Assembly: GCA_965197745.1 (NCBI GenBank) | Contig: CBDANS010000007.1 | Location: 1,568,001 to 1,632,000 of the forward strand | Direction: 5' to 3' | Source of the DNA: Opitutales bacterium | GTDB lineage: Bacteria; Verrucomicrobiota; Verrucomicrobiia; Opitutales; PNEW01 | DNA length: 64,000 bases | Shown here: positions 38,071 through 47,543 of the stretch, in pieces | Layout of the letters: every line of letters begins with the position of its first letter | Position numbering within the stretch: the stretch's first letter is position 1 | Made by a program: the position numbers and the translations under genes | Notes under the pieces: model-generated | The model's database searches: none | What the model was told of the DNA's origin: nothing | Seen by the model: the letters and a program-made list of their open reading frames with translations, nothing else

Positions 38071-39087
38071 GTGACCGCTAAGTACCGTGCATTAATAATT
38101 GGACCGGGTGGGGCCGGCACGGCGGTGATGAATGCGATGAAGGAAGACGGCCGGGGCGAGCCGGTGGCCTTCGTGGAAACGCGGAAGGAACGCATCGAGC
38201 AATTGAAAGAGAAGTATCCCGACGCCATCATTGGCACCGATTTTTTGAAAGTACTGCAGATCTGCAAGCCGGATGTCGTCGTCGCTGCCGGACCGGACTT
38301 CCTGCACGGCCCGCAGTGCCTGGCCGCACTGGAGGCGGGCTGCCACGTGCTCATTGAAAAACCCATGGCGACCAGCGTGGAAGACGCAAGAATGCTTCTG
38401 GAGGCCGAGGAACGCACCGGCAAGATCATCATGGTCGACTACACCATGCGGTATTCACATCCCTGGGGCACGATGATGCAGGCGGCCAGGGAAGGGCGGA
38501 TCGGTAAGATCTTTTATCTGGCGGGCTTCTACATCCACGACATGTGGAACTGGTACGACGAGAAGGGCAAGAATTGTACCCCGTGGCGGGTCGATAAAGA
38601 TAACCCGCAGAACATTCTGTTCGGTGGCGGGTGCCACGGGTTGGACATGGTTCTATATGTTATGGAAAATGACCCGGTCACCGAGGTTTATTGTTGCGGT
38701 AATCGTTTGTCAGGCTCCAACATGCCCATCGAGGACTGCTTCCTGGTCTCGATGAAGTTCGAGAGCGGCGCCGTCGGCAAGGTATTTGTCACAGCCGGCT
38801 GCAATCGTGGCGATATGGGAAATATGTTCGAGGCTTACGGTACTGACGGGACGCTCGTCGACGGCAGACTGCTTCGGCGTACGTCCGAGCCCGAGCTGTT
38901 GCCGCAGTCCAGCAACATTCAAAAAGGCCACGGCTGGAACCTGACCGTCCGCGACTTCCTGGACGTGTTGGATGGAAAGCGGGAGAACTGGATGAACTCA
39001 ACCTTCGGCGCCCGGAACGTGTCGATCTGCGATGCCGCCATGAAATCACTGAGGACAGGCAACGTCGAGACGGTGACGTGGTTCTGA
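38071..39087 (+). CDS. Gfo/Idh/MocA family oxidoreductase
   Basis: IIGPGGAG, HVLIEKPMA, GGGCHGLD; AAGGAG RBS. Confidence 0.92.
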   Translation: MTAKYRALIIGPGGAGTAVMNAMKEDGRGEPVAFVETRKERIEQLKEKYPDAIIGTDFLKVLQICKPDVVVAAGPDFLHGPQCLAALEAGCHVLIEKPMATSVEDARMLLEAEERTGKIIMVDYTMRYSHPWGTMMQAAREGRIGKIFYLAGFYIHDMWNWYDEKGKNCTPWRVDKDNPQNILFGGGCHGLDMVLYVMENDPVTEVYCCGNRLSGSNMPIEDCFLVSMKFESGAVGKVFVTAGCNRGDMGNMFEAYGTDGTLVDGRLLRRTSEPELLPQSSNIQKGHGWNLTVRDFLDVLDGKRENWMNSTFGARNVSICDAAMKSLRTGNVETVTWF

Positions 39088-39123
39088 GTGGACTTGACAC
39101 GCGCAATTCAGGGAGAATGTTAT

Positions 39124-40176
39124 ATGGCCATTGGTGTAGGAGTCATCGGTATGAATCCGACCAACATGGGATCAACCATGACCCTGTTGAAGGATGTGCC
39201 AGACCTGAATTTTGAGCTACGGGGCATCTGCGCTCAACGGGCAGAGGTCCTGGAAGCGTACGCCAAACAGATCGGCGTCGACTTTTGGACGACGGACTTT
39301 CGGGAATTAGTGAGCCGCGGCGACATCGATGTGGTTGCCGTATACTCCCCCGATCACCTCCACGCCGAACACTGTCTGGCCGCGGTTGAAGCGGGCAAGC
39401 ATGTCCTCTGCACCAAACCGATGGTGACAAACCTGGACGACGCCAAAAAGCTTGTGGGTGCGGTTAATAGAAAAGGGGTCAAATTTCTGGTCGGTCAGTC
39501 GATGCGTTTCGATTCCCAGTTCCTGACGATGCGTCGCCATTTCGACGATGGCGACCTGGGTGAGATCATGGTCGCCGAGGCCTACTACGTCCATGATATG
39601 CGCGAGGTTTATGGTTTCACGCCCTGGCGTTTAAGCGTCCCCCAGGACATGATGTTCGGCGGAGTCGTTCATCCGGTGGACATTTTACGCTGTTTCCTGG
39701 GCGACGTGGAGGAAGTGCACGCCTACGGCGCAAAAGGAAAACTCACCCCTGAATTCCCATTACCGAACAATTTCTTCCTCAATCTGAAGTTCAGCAGCGG
39801 GCAAATCGGTCGTGCAATGGGACTCTATGACGTTGTGCATCCGCCCATGCCCATGATGCAGGTATTGCTCTACGGCGCCAAAGGAACGATGATCGGAGAC
39901 TTCACCGATAATAAAGGCGGGCAAGTCAAGCTCATGTCGGATAAAATGTCAGCGAGAGAACCGCTGCAGATGACATGTCCTCCGGAAACAGATACCAGCG
40001 TTTACGGTCATGGCCAATCTGTGATCCGCTACATGCGACATCTTCAGGAATGTATTGAGGGTGATCTAGAACCAACGCCTAATGTGGTCGAAGGGGCTAA
40101 GTCGGTGGCCGTTGGAGTAGCAGCATGGGAATCGATTCAGACGGGCAGTCCGGTGAAGGTGTTCAACGAATTTTGA
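39124..40176 (+). CDS. Gfo/Idh/MocA family oxidoreductase
   Basis: SPDHLH, HVLCTKPM, VGQSMRF, GGVVHPVD. Confidence 0.92.
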   Translation: MAIGVGVIGMNPTNMGSTMTLLKDVPDLNFELRGICAQRAEVLEAYAKQIGVDFWTTDFRELVSRGDIDVVAVYSPDHLHAEHCLAAVEAGKHVLCTKPMVTNLDDAKKLVGAVNRKGVKFLVGQSMRFDSQFLTMRRHFDDGDLGEIMVAEAYYVHDMREVYGFTPWRLSVPQDMMFGGVVHPVDILRCFLGDVEEVHAYGAKGKLTPEFPLPNNFFLNLKFSSGQIGRAMGLYDVVHPPMPMMQVLLYGAKGTMIGDFTDNKGGQVKLMSDKMSAREPLQMTCPPETDTSVYGHGQSVIRYMRHLQECIEGDLEPTPNVVEGAKSVAVGVAAWESIQTGSPVKVFNEF

Positions 40177-40185
40177 GGGGATCGT

Positions 40186-40734
40186 ATGGAAGTCAAGCAA
40201 CTCAAACCGCCGCAACTTAAAATGCGCTGCAATCGACTCGAAGCATTGCCACCGGTCAAACTGCCGCCTGGCTACAGTCTGTGCACTCTCGTGGAACGGG
40301 ATGTAGCGGATTGGATAGATGCTTTGAACGCGACAGGTCAGTTGGGTGAATGGGATGATGATGCGGCTCGAAAGTGGCTGGAAGGGGAACGTCACGTCAT
40401 CAAGGAAGGCGTATTTATCATCACCTTCGCAGGCCGGCCAGTGGCCACCGCCAGCACCGTGGATCCTGCGCCCGGTGCGGTAAGGTTTGAGTTGGGTTGG
40501 GTTTCCGTCTCCCCTGACCACCAGGCAAAAGGATTGGGTTATCAGGTATCTCTGGCGGTCATGCACTACACCTATAAATTGGGATACTCAGAAACATACC
40601 TGTTCACCGACGACTGGCGCCTGCCTGCAGTTAAGACCTATTTGAATTTGGGTTTCGAACCCGAAATCATCCACGAGAGCCACCCCGCGAGATGGAAGGC
40701 TGTGTATGAAACGCTCGGTGTAAATGAAAACTAA
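40186..40734 (+). CDS. GNAT family N-acetyltransferase
   Basis: WVSVSPDHQAKGLG, TDDWRLPAVKTYLNLGF. Confidence 0.88.
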   Translation: MEVKQLKPPQLKMRCNRLEALPPVKLPPGYSLCTLVERDVADWIDALNATGQLGEWDDDAARKWLEGERHVIKEGVFIITFAGRPVATASTVDPAPGAVRFELGWVSVSPDHQAKGLGYQVSLAVMHYTYKLGYSETYLFTDDWRLPAVKTYLNLGFEPEIIHESHPARWKAVYETLGVNEN

Positions 40735-41503
40735 TACTCCTTCAAGCGGCTTTTCACCCGATCAATACCTACAGGTAGGTTACACCGGCCCGGTGCCACT
40801 TCTAAATAACGAAGAGGCCGCCGCCGGCCGCAAGGCATACTTCACAGCGATTGGTCAATCCGAGGTGACGCAGGGCCCTACAGATGAACGACCGGGTGGA
40901 TTCAACCTGCGCTATCGTTGGGCCTATGAGCTGGCTACGCACCAGAAAATCCTTGACCATGCAGAACGGATCCTGGGCCCGAACATTGTGCTTTGGGCCA
41001 TGGTCTTCTGGTACAAGGAGCCCCATAACTGTAAATACATCCCCTGGCATCAGGACGCGACCTACTGGCCCATGGAACCGAGGATCAATCTAACGGCATG
41101 GGTGGCCCTGGGACCGACCTTTCGAGAAAACGGTTGCTTGCGATTGATTCCGGGTTCGCACAGGCAGTGGCTGGACGAGCAGCACCAGCGTCTCGATCGG
41201 GACAGCTCCTTCGGCCATGGGCTAGCTGCTGACCGGGTGGATGAATCCAGCGCACTTGACCTCGAAATGGCCTCGGGAGAAGTCGTCTTTTTTAACGAGG
41301 CCATCCAACACGGCTCAGACGCCAACTCGAGTGATATGCCTCGACTGGCCTATGCCCTGCGTTTCACAACGCCCGAGGTTAAATTTGATCCGGACGGGTT
41401 GAAGGAAACAGGGTTGGTCTACCTAGCGAAAACGATGTTGGTCCGCGGCGAAGACCGTTTCCACTACAATGACTCCTTGAAAGTGGAACCGCCGACGACT
41501 TAA
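40724..41503 (+). CDS. PhyH family dioxygenase
   Basis: PWHQDATYW, WVAL....ENGCLRLIPGSH, IQHGSDANSS..PR. Confidence 0.94.
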   Translation: MKTNTPSSGFSPDQYLQVGYTGPVPLLNNEEAAAGRKAYFTAIGQSEVTQGPTDERPGGFNLRYRWAYELATHQKILDHAERILGPNIVLWAMVFWYKEPHNCKYIPWHQDATYWPMEPRINLTAWVALGPTFRENGCLRLIPGSHRQWLDEQHQRLDRDSSFGHGLAADRVDESSALDLEMASGEVVFFNEAIQHGSDANSSDMPRLAYALRFTTPEVKFDPDGLKETGLVYLAKTMLVRGEDRFHYNDSLKVEPPTT

Positions 41504-41540
41504 GCTGCCTGTCATCTTTTGGCTACCGTCGAACGGACAA

Positions 41541-42883
41541 TCACATCCAATCATTAGCCCGTGATACCACCCGCCAGCACCCATTACCCTCATAACTCGC
41601 AATCTCCGACAATGGTACCGCCGGTATGCCACCCCCCCCCCACGGGGCACATTACCGGGTGGCAGTAGCGGCAGGTTGTACTTGTCCCACCAGGGAAGTT
41701 CATCGACAACATGGCCCACCACAGGCCGCTGGCCAAGATTCCACTCATCGAAGGGGTCATTCCCAGGTGCGTGTTTGTCCAACAAGAATTCATTCGAATC
41801 TATCATCCATAGGGTGGTCACCTCGCGTTGTCCATCGGCGGGATCATCATTGGTGTTGGTTGGAAAGTTGAAGACGCCATCCATGTTGCAATGAACCCGC
41901 GGCACTCCAGCGCAAATGACTGCGCTGCTTGACCTTGTTGAAGTCCTGCACGGCAGCCATGCGAATGCGACCGCTTTCATGGATGCCTGCTGAGTGTACC
42001 ACCCAGCCGTGGCAGAAAATGACATCTCCTGCCTTGCCGGTAAACTCGATGGGCTGCACCTTGACCATGATCTCATCCATCGCGGTCTTCGACGATTCAG
42101 TTGCCACCCAGTTCAATGCCTGTGCGGAGGTCGGATAAAGCGACTGCGGTGAGGTTGGGAAAATCGTAAAACCGCCACCCCGTGGCTCAACATCATTGAG
42201 GTAGGTCACCACCATCATCTCAGTCATATTGTTGTCCGTGTGGGGTCCCAGTTTGGAACCGGATCCGAGTCGTTGCGCGGAAAAACCGAATAGATTCCTC
42301 GATTACGGTGCGGTCGCTTGACCGGACCACCCATCAATGCCTCGGCCATATGGAGCACATTAGGATGGGCTGATGTGGCAGCTACAAAAGCCGGGTCGTG
42401 GCCGATGCCATGCCAGCGCCACACATCATTGGCGATATCACGTGTCAGCTTATGGGGCAATTGGCCAACGCGCTCTCCGATATCGGCACCAGCGCGCGGC
42501 TCATCCGGAGTTGGCCAAGGGCTACTTCCCATCCAGTTTTTAGCAAGCCCCCAGCGATTATCCTTCGGCCAATGCCTGCCGGGAGAGACCCAGGTACCCG
42601 GATCATCCCGTTGCATCTTTGCCGCCAGCACTGGGGGTTGTTGCCACCACAAGTCGATGATGGAAGATAATGCTTCGGATGGAATCAGTCCGCGCTTGAT
42701 CACATAACCAAACTCGCGAAACTGGTCGATCTCTTCGCTTGTCAAACCCAGTTTGTCAGCACCTGGCGGATCGAGATCCGGTGTGGTCGGACGTGGCGAA
42801 TGCACTGCGGGCTGTTTGGTGTTAAAACTGCTTTCCGCATCCGTCGGTTCGGGGGCTCTATCCTGGTTGTGTGTGGCGGACAT
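41541..42883 (-). pseudogene. Extended PhyH-like protein with three frame breaks (about 42258, 41900, 41635)
   Basis: FREFGYVI...HPNVL (42224..42883) + KLGPHTD..TYLNDV..GGGF..GDVIFCHGWVVHSAG..IR + RVHCNMDG..PWWDKY + GGIPAVPL..NDWM* ending 41541. Confidence 0.75.
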
Positions 42884-42934
42884 ACTTACCTTTCCTCTGT
42901 TATAAGTTCAGCGAATTGCAAAAGATTGAAAAAG

Positions 42935-42992
42935 GGGTCAGGCCCTGCATTTTGGCATTTATAATTATTTGCCAGTTTGCAGGGCCTGACCC
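42935..42992. repeat. GGGTCAG...CTGACCC REP-like palindrome
   Basis: 15-bp arms GGGTCAGGCCCTGCA / TGCAGGGCCTGACCC; related half sites near 35541, 35601, 37301, 37864 and 44570. Confidence 0.8.
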
Positions 42993-44565
42993 GAATGGCG
43001 TTAAGATAAGGGTGGTTTAGGATGATAAAAGCCTTTGTTTTTTCGTGAAGCAGAGACGGTCATCATGGCTCGTGGATGAGTCAATCGTTGGAAAGGTATA
43101 GGTCTACGTTTGAGGACTCTTGGTTCGTATCGGAAGGGACGTAGGGGGACCGATTCGAGGGCAATGAGGTGTATCATCTCGTCAATGACAGATCGTTGGG
43201 CTCTGGGATTAAACCGGGTGGCCGCGAGCGCACTTTGATATTGGCGGAGGGTGTCAACAGCCCCCTTGAAGCTTAGCCGGGAGAGGTCGCGGTGGAAGGC
43301 ACTGGCAGCTTGCTGCAAAAGAGCGCGGATGAGAGATTGTAGGCGATGGCAAACATCGCAATCTCTTTGCGCACGAGAGCGACCGAGCGAGAGCGCAGGA
43401 TCTCCATCCCCATGGTGGTTTTGATGTGGCGAAAGTAAAGCTCCACTGCCCAGCGCCGATAGTATAATTCTCCGAGATCGTGGTGGGAGTATTGGTGAGG
43501 ATCGCTCAAGGTAGTCACGAGGTCTACGCTATGGGCGCGGAAACCTTTGATGAAAATGAAAATCTTCACCAGCCGTACGGGGATCTCATCAGGGATTTGC
43601 CGCCACTGCTCGCGACTGAAGCCGAAGACATTTTGCGGCTTCTTCCACATGATCAGCCGGTCATACCTACCCAAGGACCTGCCCTGACGAAAGTCGCTTC
43701 TTCGTTGCTGATGCAAACGCATGACCGCTTCAGCACCGCGGCCTTTAAGCAGGGCAATATTGAGGTAAGAGCAAAATCCCCGGTCGGCAAGGACCACATC
43801 ACCCTTTTGAAAAAATCCGATCATGCCCCGCAACAGCACACTGTCATGATGCCTTAGTGAGGACTCCATCCAGTGTAAAAGCGCCCCACTGGCTAAAGAA
43901 AAACAGCCCACCAGCTTCACCACCGGAAAGCCGCAGCCGCTTCGTTGCTGCGAAGGCTGTGGGTAACACCTCTGCAAGCACGGCGTATCGGCGGTGGCGA
44001 TACCCGTGCCGTCGACCACTTTTACCTCGTGACCTTTCCACCGTTGATCGTCGGTCACTCTCCCGGCCACCTCTTCACTGATCGCTTCATGGATCCCGTG
44101 CAGGTCTTGCACCAACAGCCGTTGCCTCGCCTGACAGTAGGCCGAGGCCGTTCCTTTAGCCAACTTCAGCCCCTTCATGCTGCAATAGCTCTGGAGCTTG
44201 CGCACCACTTCCCGGCAGGCAGTCCGTGGTGAGAGCACTTGGAACAAAAATGCCCAGAAGGTCACGTTTTGGCTGAACAATCTCCGCCGGCTGTTAGCCC
44301 CTCGAGGCTTCCGGTGTAAATACTTTTGCGGCACCCACTGCCCGAAGATATCCGATAGCTCGGAAAGACTTGACCGCCGTATTTCTACCAGCTTACCCTC
44401 CATCTGTGCAAGGGCTGTTCGGGGAGCACGACCGAACAGGACCTGATTAAATCCTGGAAAATAACGAGTTAAGTTTTGTTTTTGCATGCTCGTTAGGGTA
44501 GCTCTCCAACGGTCCCTGTACAAGCATCTATTGCACTCATTCTATCCCTTATCTTAACGCCATTC
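42993..44565 (-). mobile_element. IS4-family insertion sequence, 1573 bp
   Basis: Perfect 20-bp terminal inverted repeats GAATGGCGTTAAGATAAGGG (42993-43012) and CCCTTATCTTAACGCCATTC (44546-44565) enclosing a DDE transposase. Confidence 0.92.
43001..44487 (-). pseudogene. IS4-family transposase, frameshifted near 43332 (extra dinucleotide)
   Basis: VVDGT, LADRGF, Y..RWAVE..FR..K signature; AYNL-IRAL split; C-terminus EPRVLKRRP in ORF 43001..43318; stop within the IR. Confidence 0.9.
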
Positions 44566-44602
44566 CACTCTGACCCCTTTTGAAATCACTGGAGGAATAT
44601 TT

Positions 44603-45592
44603 ATGAAAGCTATTGTTTATCACATATATGGTTCACCCGATGTTCTTCAATTCAAAGAGGTAGAAAAACCTACTCCCAAGGACAATGAAGTCTTGATAAA
44701 AGTTCATGCCACAACAGTAAATTGAACTGACACTGCAACAATTAGAGCGAAACCTTTTATTATTGGTAGATTGATGACAGGTTTATTCAAACCAAATAAT
44801 CCAATTCCTGGAACCGAATTTGCTGGAAAAATTGAAGCTGTTGGAAAAAACATATCGTCTTATAAAGTAGGCGATAAGGTTTTTGGATTTGATGATAGCG
44901 GATCACGGGCTCATGCAGAGTACATGACGATATTAGAAGACAAAGTAGTAACAATACCTGAAAACATAACATATGAACAGGCCGCAGCGAGTTCTGAAGG
45001 CGCACATTATGCGTATATTTTTATCAAAAAAGTAAATATAAAAAGTGGGCAAAAAGTTCTTGTTAATGGTGCAACAGGAGCGATTGGTTCGGCAGCAGTT
45101 CAACTTCTAAAACATTTTGATGTTAAGGTTACGGCAACATGTAACACGAAGAATATAGAATTAGTGAAATCATTAGGTGCTGATAAAGTAATTGATTATA
45201 CAACAGAAGGTTTTACAAAAGATGAAGAAAAATATAACTTTGTGTTTGATGCTGTTGGAAAAAGTTCATTTTTTAAATGCACACAATTACTACAACCAGG
45301 AGGAGTTTATTTTTCAACGGACTTAGGTTATATGGGTCAGAATATTTTCTTACCACTCATAACAGCGATTATAAAACCCCTGATTGGCAGCAAAAAAACC
45401 GCATCTCCAAATTTTACAGATGTTAGGGAAAGTCTACTTTTAATCCAGAAGCTTATTGAAGTTGGAAAATTTAAAACAGTAATAGATAGAAAATATCCGT
45501 TAGAACAAATTGTCGAGGCGTATAAGTATGTTGAGACGGGGCAGAAGGTGGGGAATGTAGTAATAACATTGGAACATAATAACAAAACCTAG
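44603..45592 (+). pseudogene. MDR-family NAD(P)-dependent (quinone/alcohol) oxidoreductase with in-frame TGA at codon 41
   Basis: [45 protein letters not shown] in frame with ORF 44771..45592; NGATGAIGS. Confidence 0.88.
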
Positions 45593-45610
45593 ATCAAAAG
45601 GAGGCAAAAG

Positions 45611-45976
45611 ATGGCACAGGTAAGATATATAGTAAATGACGTAGAAGATGCCGTTGCCTTTTATGTCTCAAAGCTTGGTTTTGAACTCGAACAGCAATAC
45701 GGTACGGCGTTCGCAATCGTGGTCCATGGCGACTTGACGCTGTGGCTTGCGGGCCCAAAAGCATCAGCGTCCAAGCCGATGCCAGATGGCGCTATACCCA
45801 GCCCGGGAGGCTGGTCCAGGTTCGCCTTGATAGTCGACGATTTAGAATCCCTCGTCTCAAAGCTCAAGGACGATGGTGTAATATTCAGAAACGATATTGT
45901 AGAGGGGCCGGGGGGCAAACAGATTCTCTGCAAAGATCCTTCTGGTAATGTAGTTGAGCTCTTTCAGCCAGCGTAG
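45611..45976 (+). CDS. VOC family protein
   Basis: VRYIVNDVEDAVAFY...LGF, PGGWSRF, DPSGNVVELF; AGGAGG RBS. Confidence 0.92.
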   Translation: MAQVRYIVNDVEDAVAFYVSKLGFELEQQYGTAFAIVVHGDLTLWLAGPKASASKPMPDGAIPSPGGWSRFALIVDDLESLVSKLKDDGVIFRNDIVEGPGGKQILCKDPSGNVVELFQPA

Positions 45977-45983
45977 TAGTAAC

Positions 45984-46011
45984 GCCTAACCAATCGCTCA
46001 AACCTGACCGC
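45984..46011 (+). other. Left half of an attC-like site
   Basis: GCCTAAC CAATCGCTCAAACCTGACCG 7 bp after the VOC stop; no clear right arm. Confidence 0.5.
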
Positions 46012-46105
46012 TAATAAGCTGGACTTGGTTGCAACTTTTAATTGGTTACCTCAAGTAAAAAACCTGTCAGGTTAAGTCGTATGACCTGCCATGAGCGAAG
46101 CCGAA

Positions 46106-46192
46106 TGGTGCCCGGAGAGGGGGTCGAACCCACACTCCCTTGCGGGAACTGGATTTTGAATCCAGCGCGTCTGCCAATTCCGCCATCCGGGC
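46106..46192 (-). tRNA. tRNA-Leu (CAA), 87 nt, encoded CCA
   Basis: GCCCGGATGGCGGAATTGGCAGACGCGCTGGA-TTCAAAA-TCCAG, long variable arm, GGTTCGACCC, TCCGGGCACCA. Confidence 0.97.
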
Positions 46193-46254
46193 GCATGATG
46201 AAAGTCACTGTATGATGAAAGTGGTGTCTCGCAAATACTTTTTAAGGGAGATTT

Positions 46255-47487
46255 TTATTTCCCTCCCTCGCGTTTCGCTTTTGCGACCTGCTGTGCTCGC
46301 AATCGCAGTGACTGCAGGTGAATAAAACCGGTAGCATCATCAGGGTTATAATTACTGGCCACACCTTCCATCGAAGCTATGTCCGGGTCGTATAGTGATT
46401 GTGATGATTTGCGTCCAACCGTGATGATGTTTCCTTTATATAATTTTAAACGCACCGTACCGATAACTGTTTTCTGGCTTTTATTGATAAAGGCCTGCAG
46501 TGCTTCGCGTTCAGGTGAGTACCAAAAACCATTATAGATAAGTTCGGCATACTTGGGAATCAGACCATCGCGTAAATGCATGAGCTCCCGGTCCATGGTC
46601 AAACTTTCTACCTGGCGATGCGCGTGCATAAGAATGGTCCCACCCGGTGTCTCATAAACACCACGGCTTTTCATGCCGACAAAACGATTTTCCACAATGT
46701 CGGTACGACCGATACCATGTTTACCTCCGAGTGCATTCAAGGTCTTAAGAACGGCTGCTGGATTTAAGTTATTTCCGTTTACCGCGATACAATCCCCTTT
46801 CTCATATTCGAGTTCGATATGCTCGGGTTCATCAGGGGCGTCCTCCGGGGCGACCGTCAGTTTAAACATGCTTTTGTTGCAGGGTATGGTAGGGTCAAAC
46901 ATCGGATCTTCAAGGATACCCGCCTCGTATGAAATATGCAGGAGGTTGCGGTCCATGGAGTAGGGTTTCGAAGCGGTGGCCTCGACATCAATGCCATGTT
47001 CCTGGCAATAGGTAATCAATTCGCTTCGACCGGGAAATGTTTCGCGAAAGGCGGCTATTCGCCAGGGAGCGATGATCTCGAGATCGGGTGCGAGGGATGC
47101 ATAGGTGAGTTCAAAGCGGCATTGGTCATTGCCTTTACCCGTCGCTCCATGGGCGAGGGTTGTCGCCTTTTCTTTTCGAGCAACATCAATCTGCGCTTTG
47201 GCAATGAGAGGGCGGGCAATGGATGTACCCAGAAAGTACTGGCCCTCGTAAATAGCGTTTCCCCGCAACATGGGGTAGATAAAATCACGCGCGAACTCCT
47301 CGATAAGATCGACGGTATAATGTGCAGCAGCGCCGGTGGATTCCGCTTTTTCAGAGAGCCCCTCCAGTTCCTCTTCCTGGCCAATATTGGCGGCAAAAGT
47401 AACGACCTCTGCCCGGTATTGTTCTTTAATCCATTTAAGGATAACGGAAGTGTCCAATCCTCCCGAGTATGCGATAACGACTTTCAT
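46255..47487 (-). CDS. argG: Argininosuccinate synthase
   Basis: [33 protein letters not shown]. Confidence 0.98.
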   Translation of the reverse strand: MKVVIAYSGGLDTSVILKWIKEQYRAEVVTFAANIGQEEELEGLSEKAESTGAAAHYTVDLIEEFARDFIYPMLRGNAIYEGQYFLGTSIARPLIAKAQIDVARKEKATTLAHGATGKGNDQCRFELTYASLAPDLEIIAPWRIAAFRETFPGRSELITYCQEHGIDVEATASKPYSMDRNLLHISYEAGILEDPMFDPTIPCNKSMFKLTVAPEDAPDEPEHIELEYEKGDCIAVNGNNLNPAAVLKTLNALGGKHGIGRTDIVENRFVGMKSRGVYETPGGTILMHAHRQVESLTMDRELMHLRDGLIPKYAELIYNGFWYSPEREALQAFINKSQKTVIGTVRLKLYKGNIITVGRKSSQSLYDPDIASMEGVASNYNPDDATGFIHLQSLRLRAQQVAKAKREGGK

Positions 47488-47543
47488 AGTAAATAAATCC
47501 TGTTTTAATTATGCCGATAATGATCGAAGTTGAATGATAGAAT

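Noticed and set aside
44723..44725. In-frame TGA as selenocysteine
   Set aside because: The position corresponds to Arg as I recall the family motif (CGA to TGA is a simple transition), not a catalytic Cys; no obvious SECIS-like hairpin follows
1..46100. Prophage, ICE or NRPS/PKS cluster
   Set aside because: No structural, conjugation, integrase or scaffold-synthase genes seen
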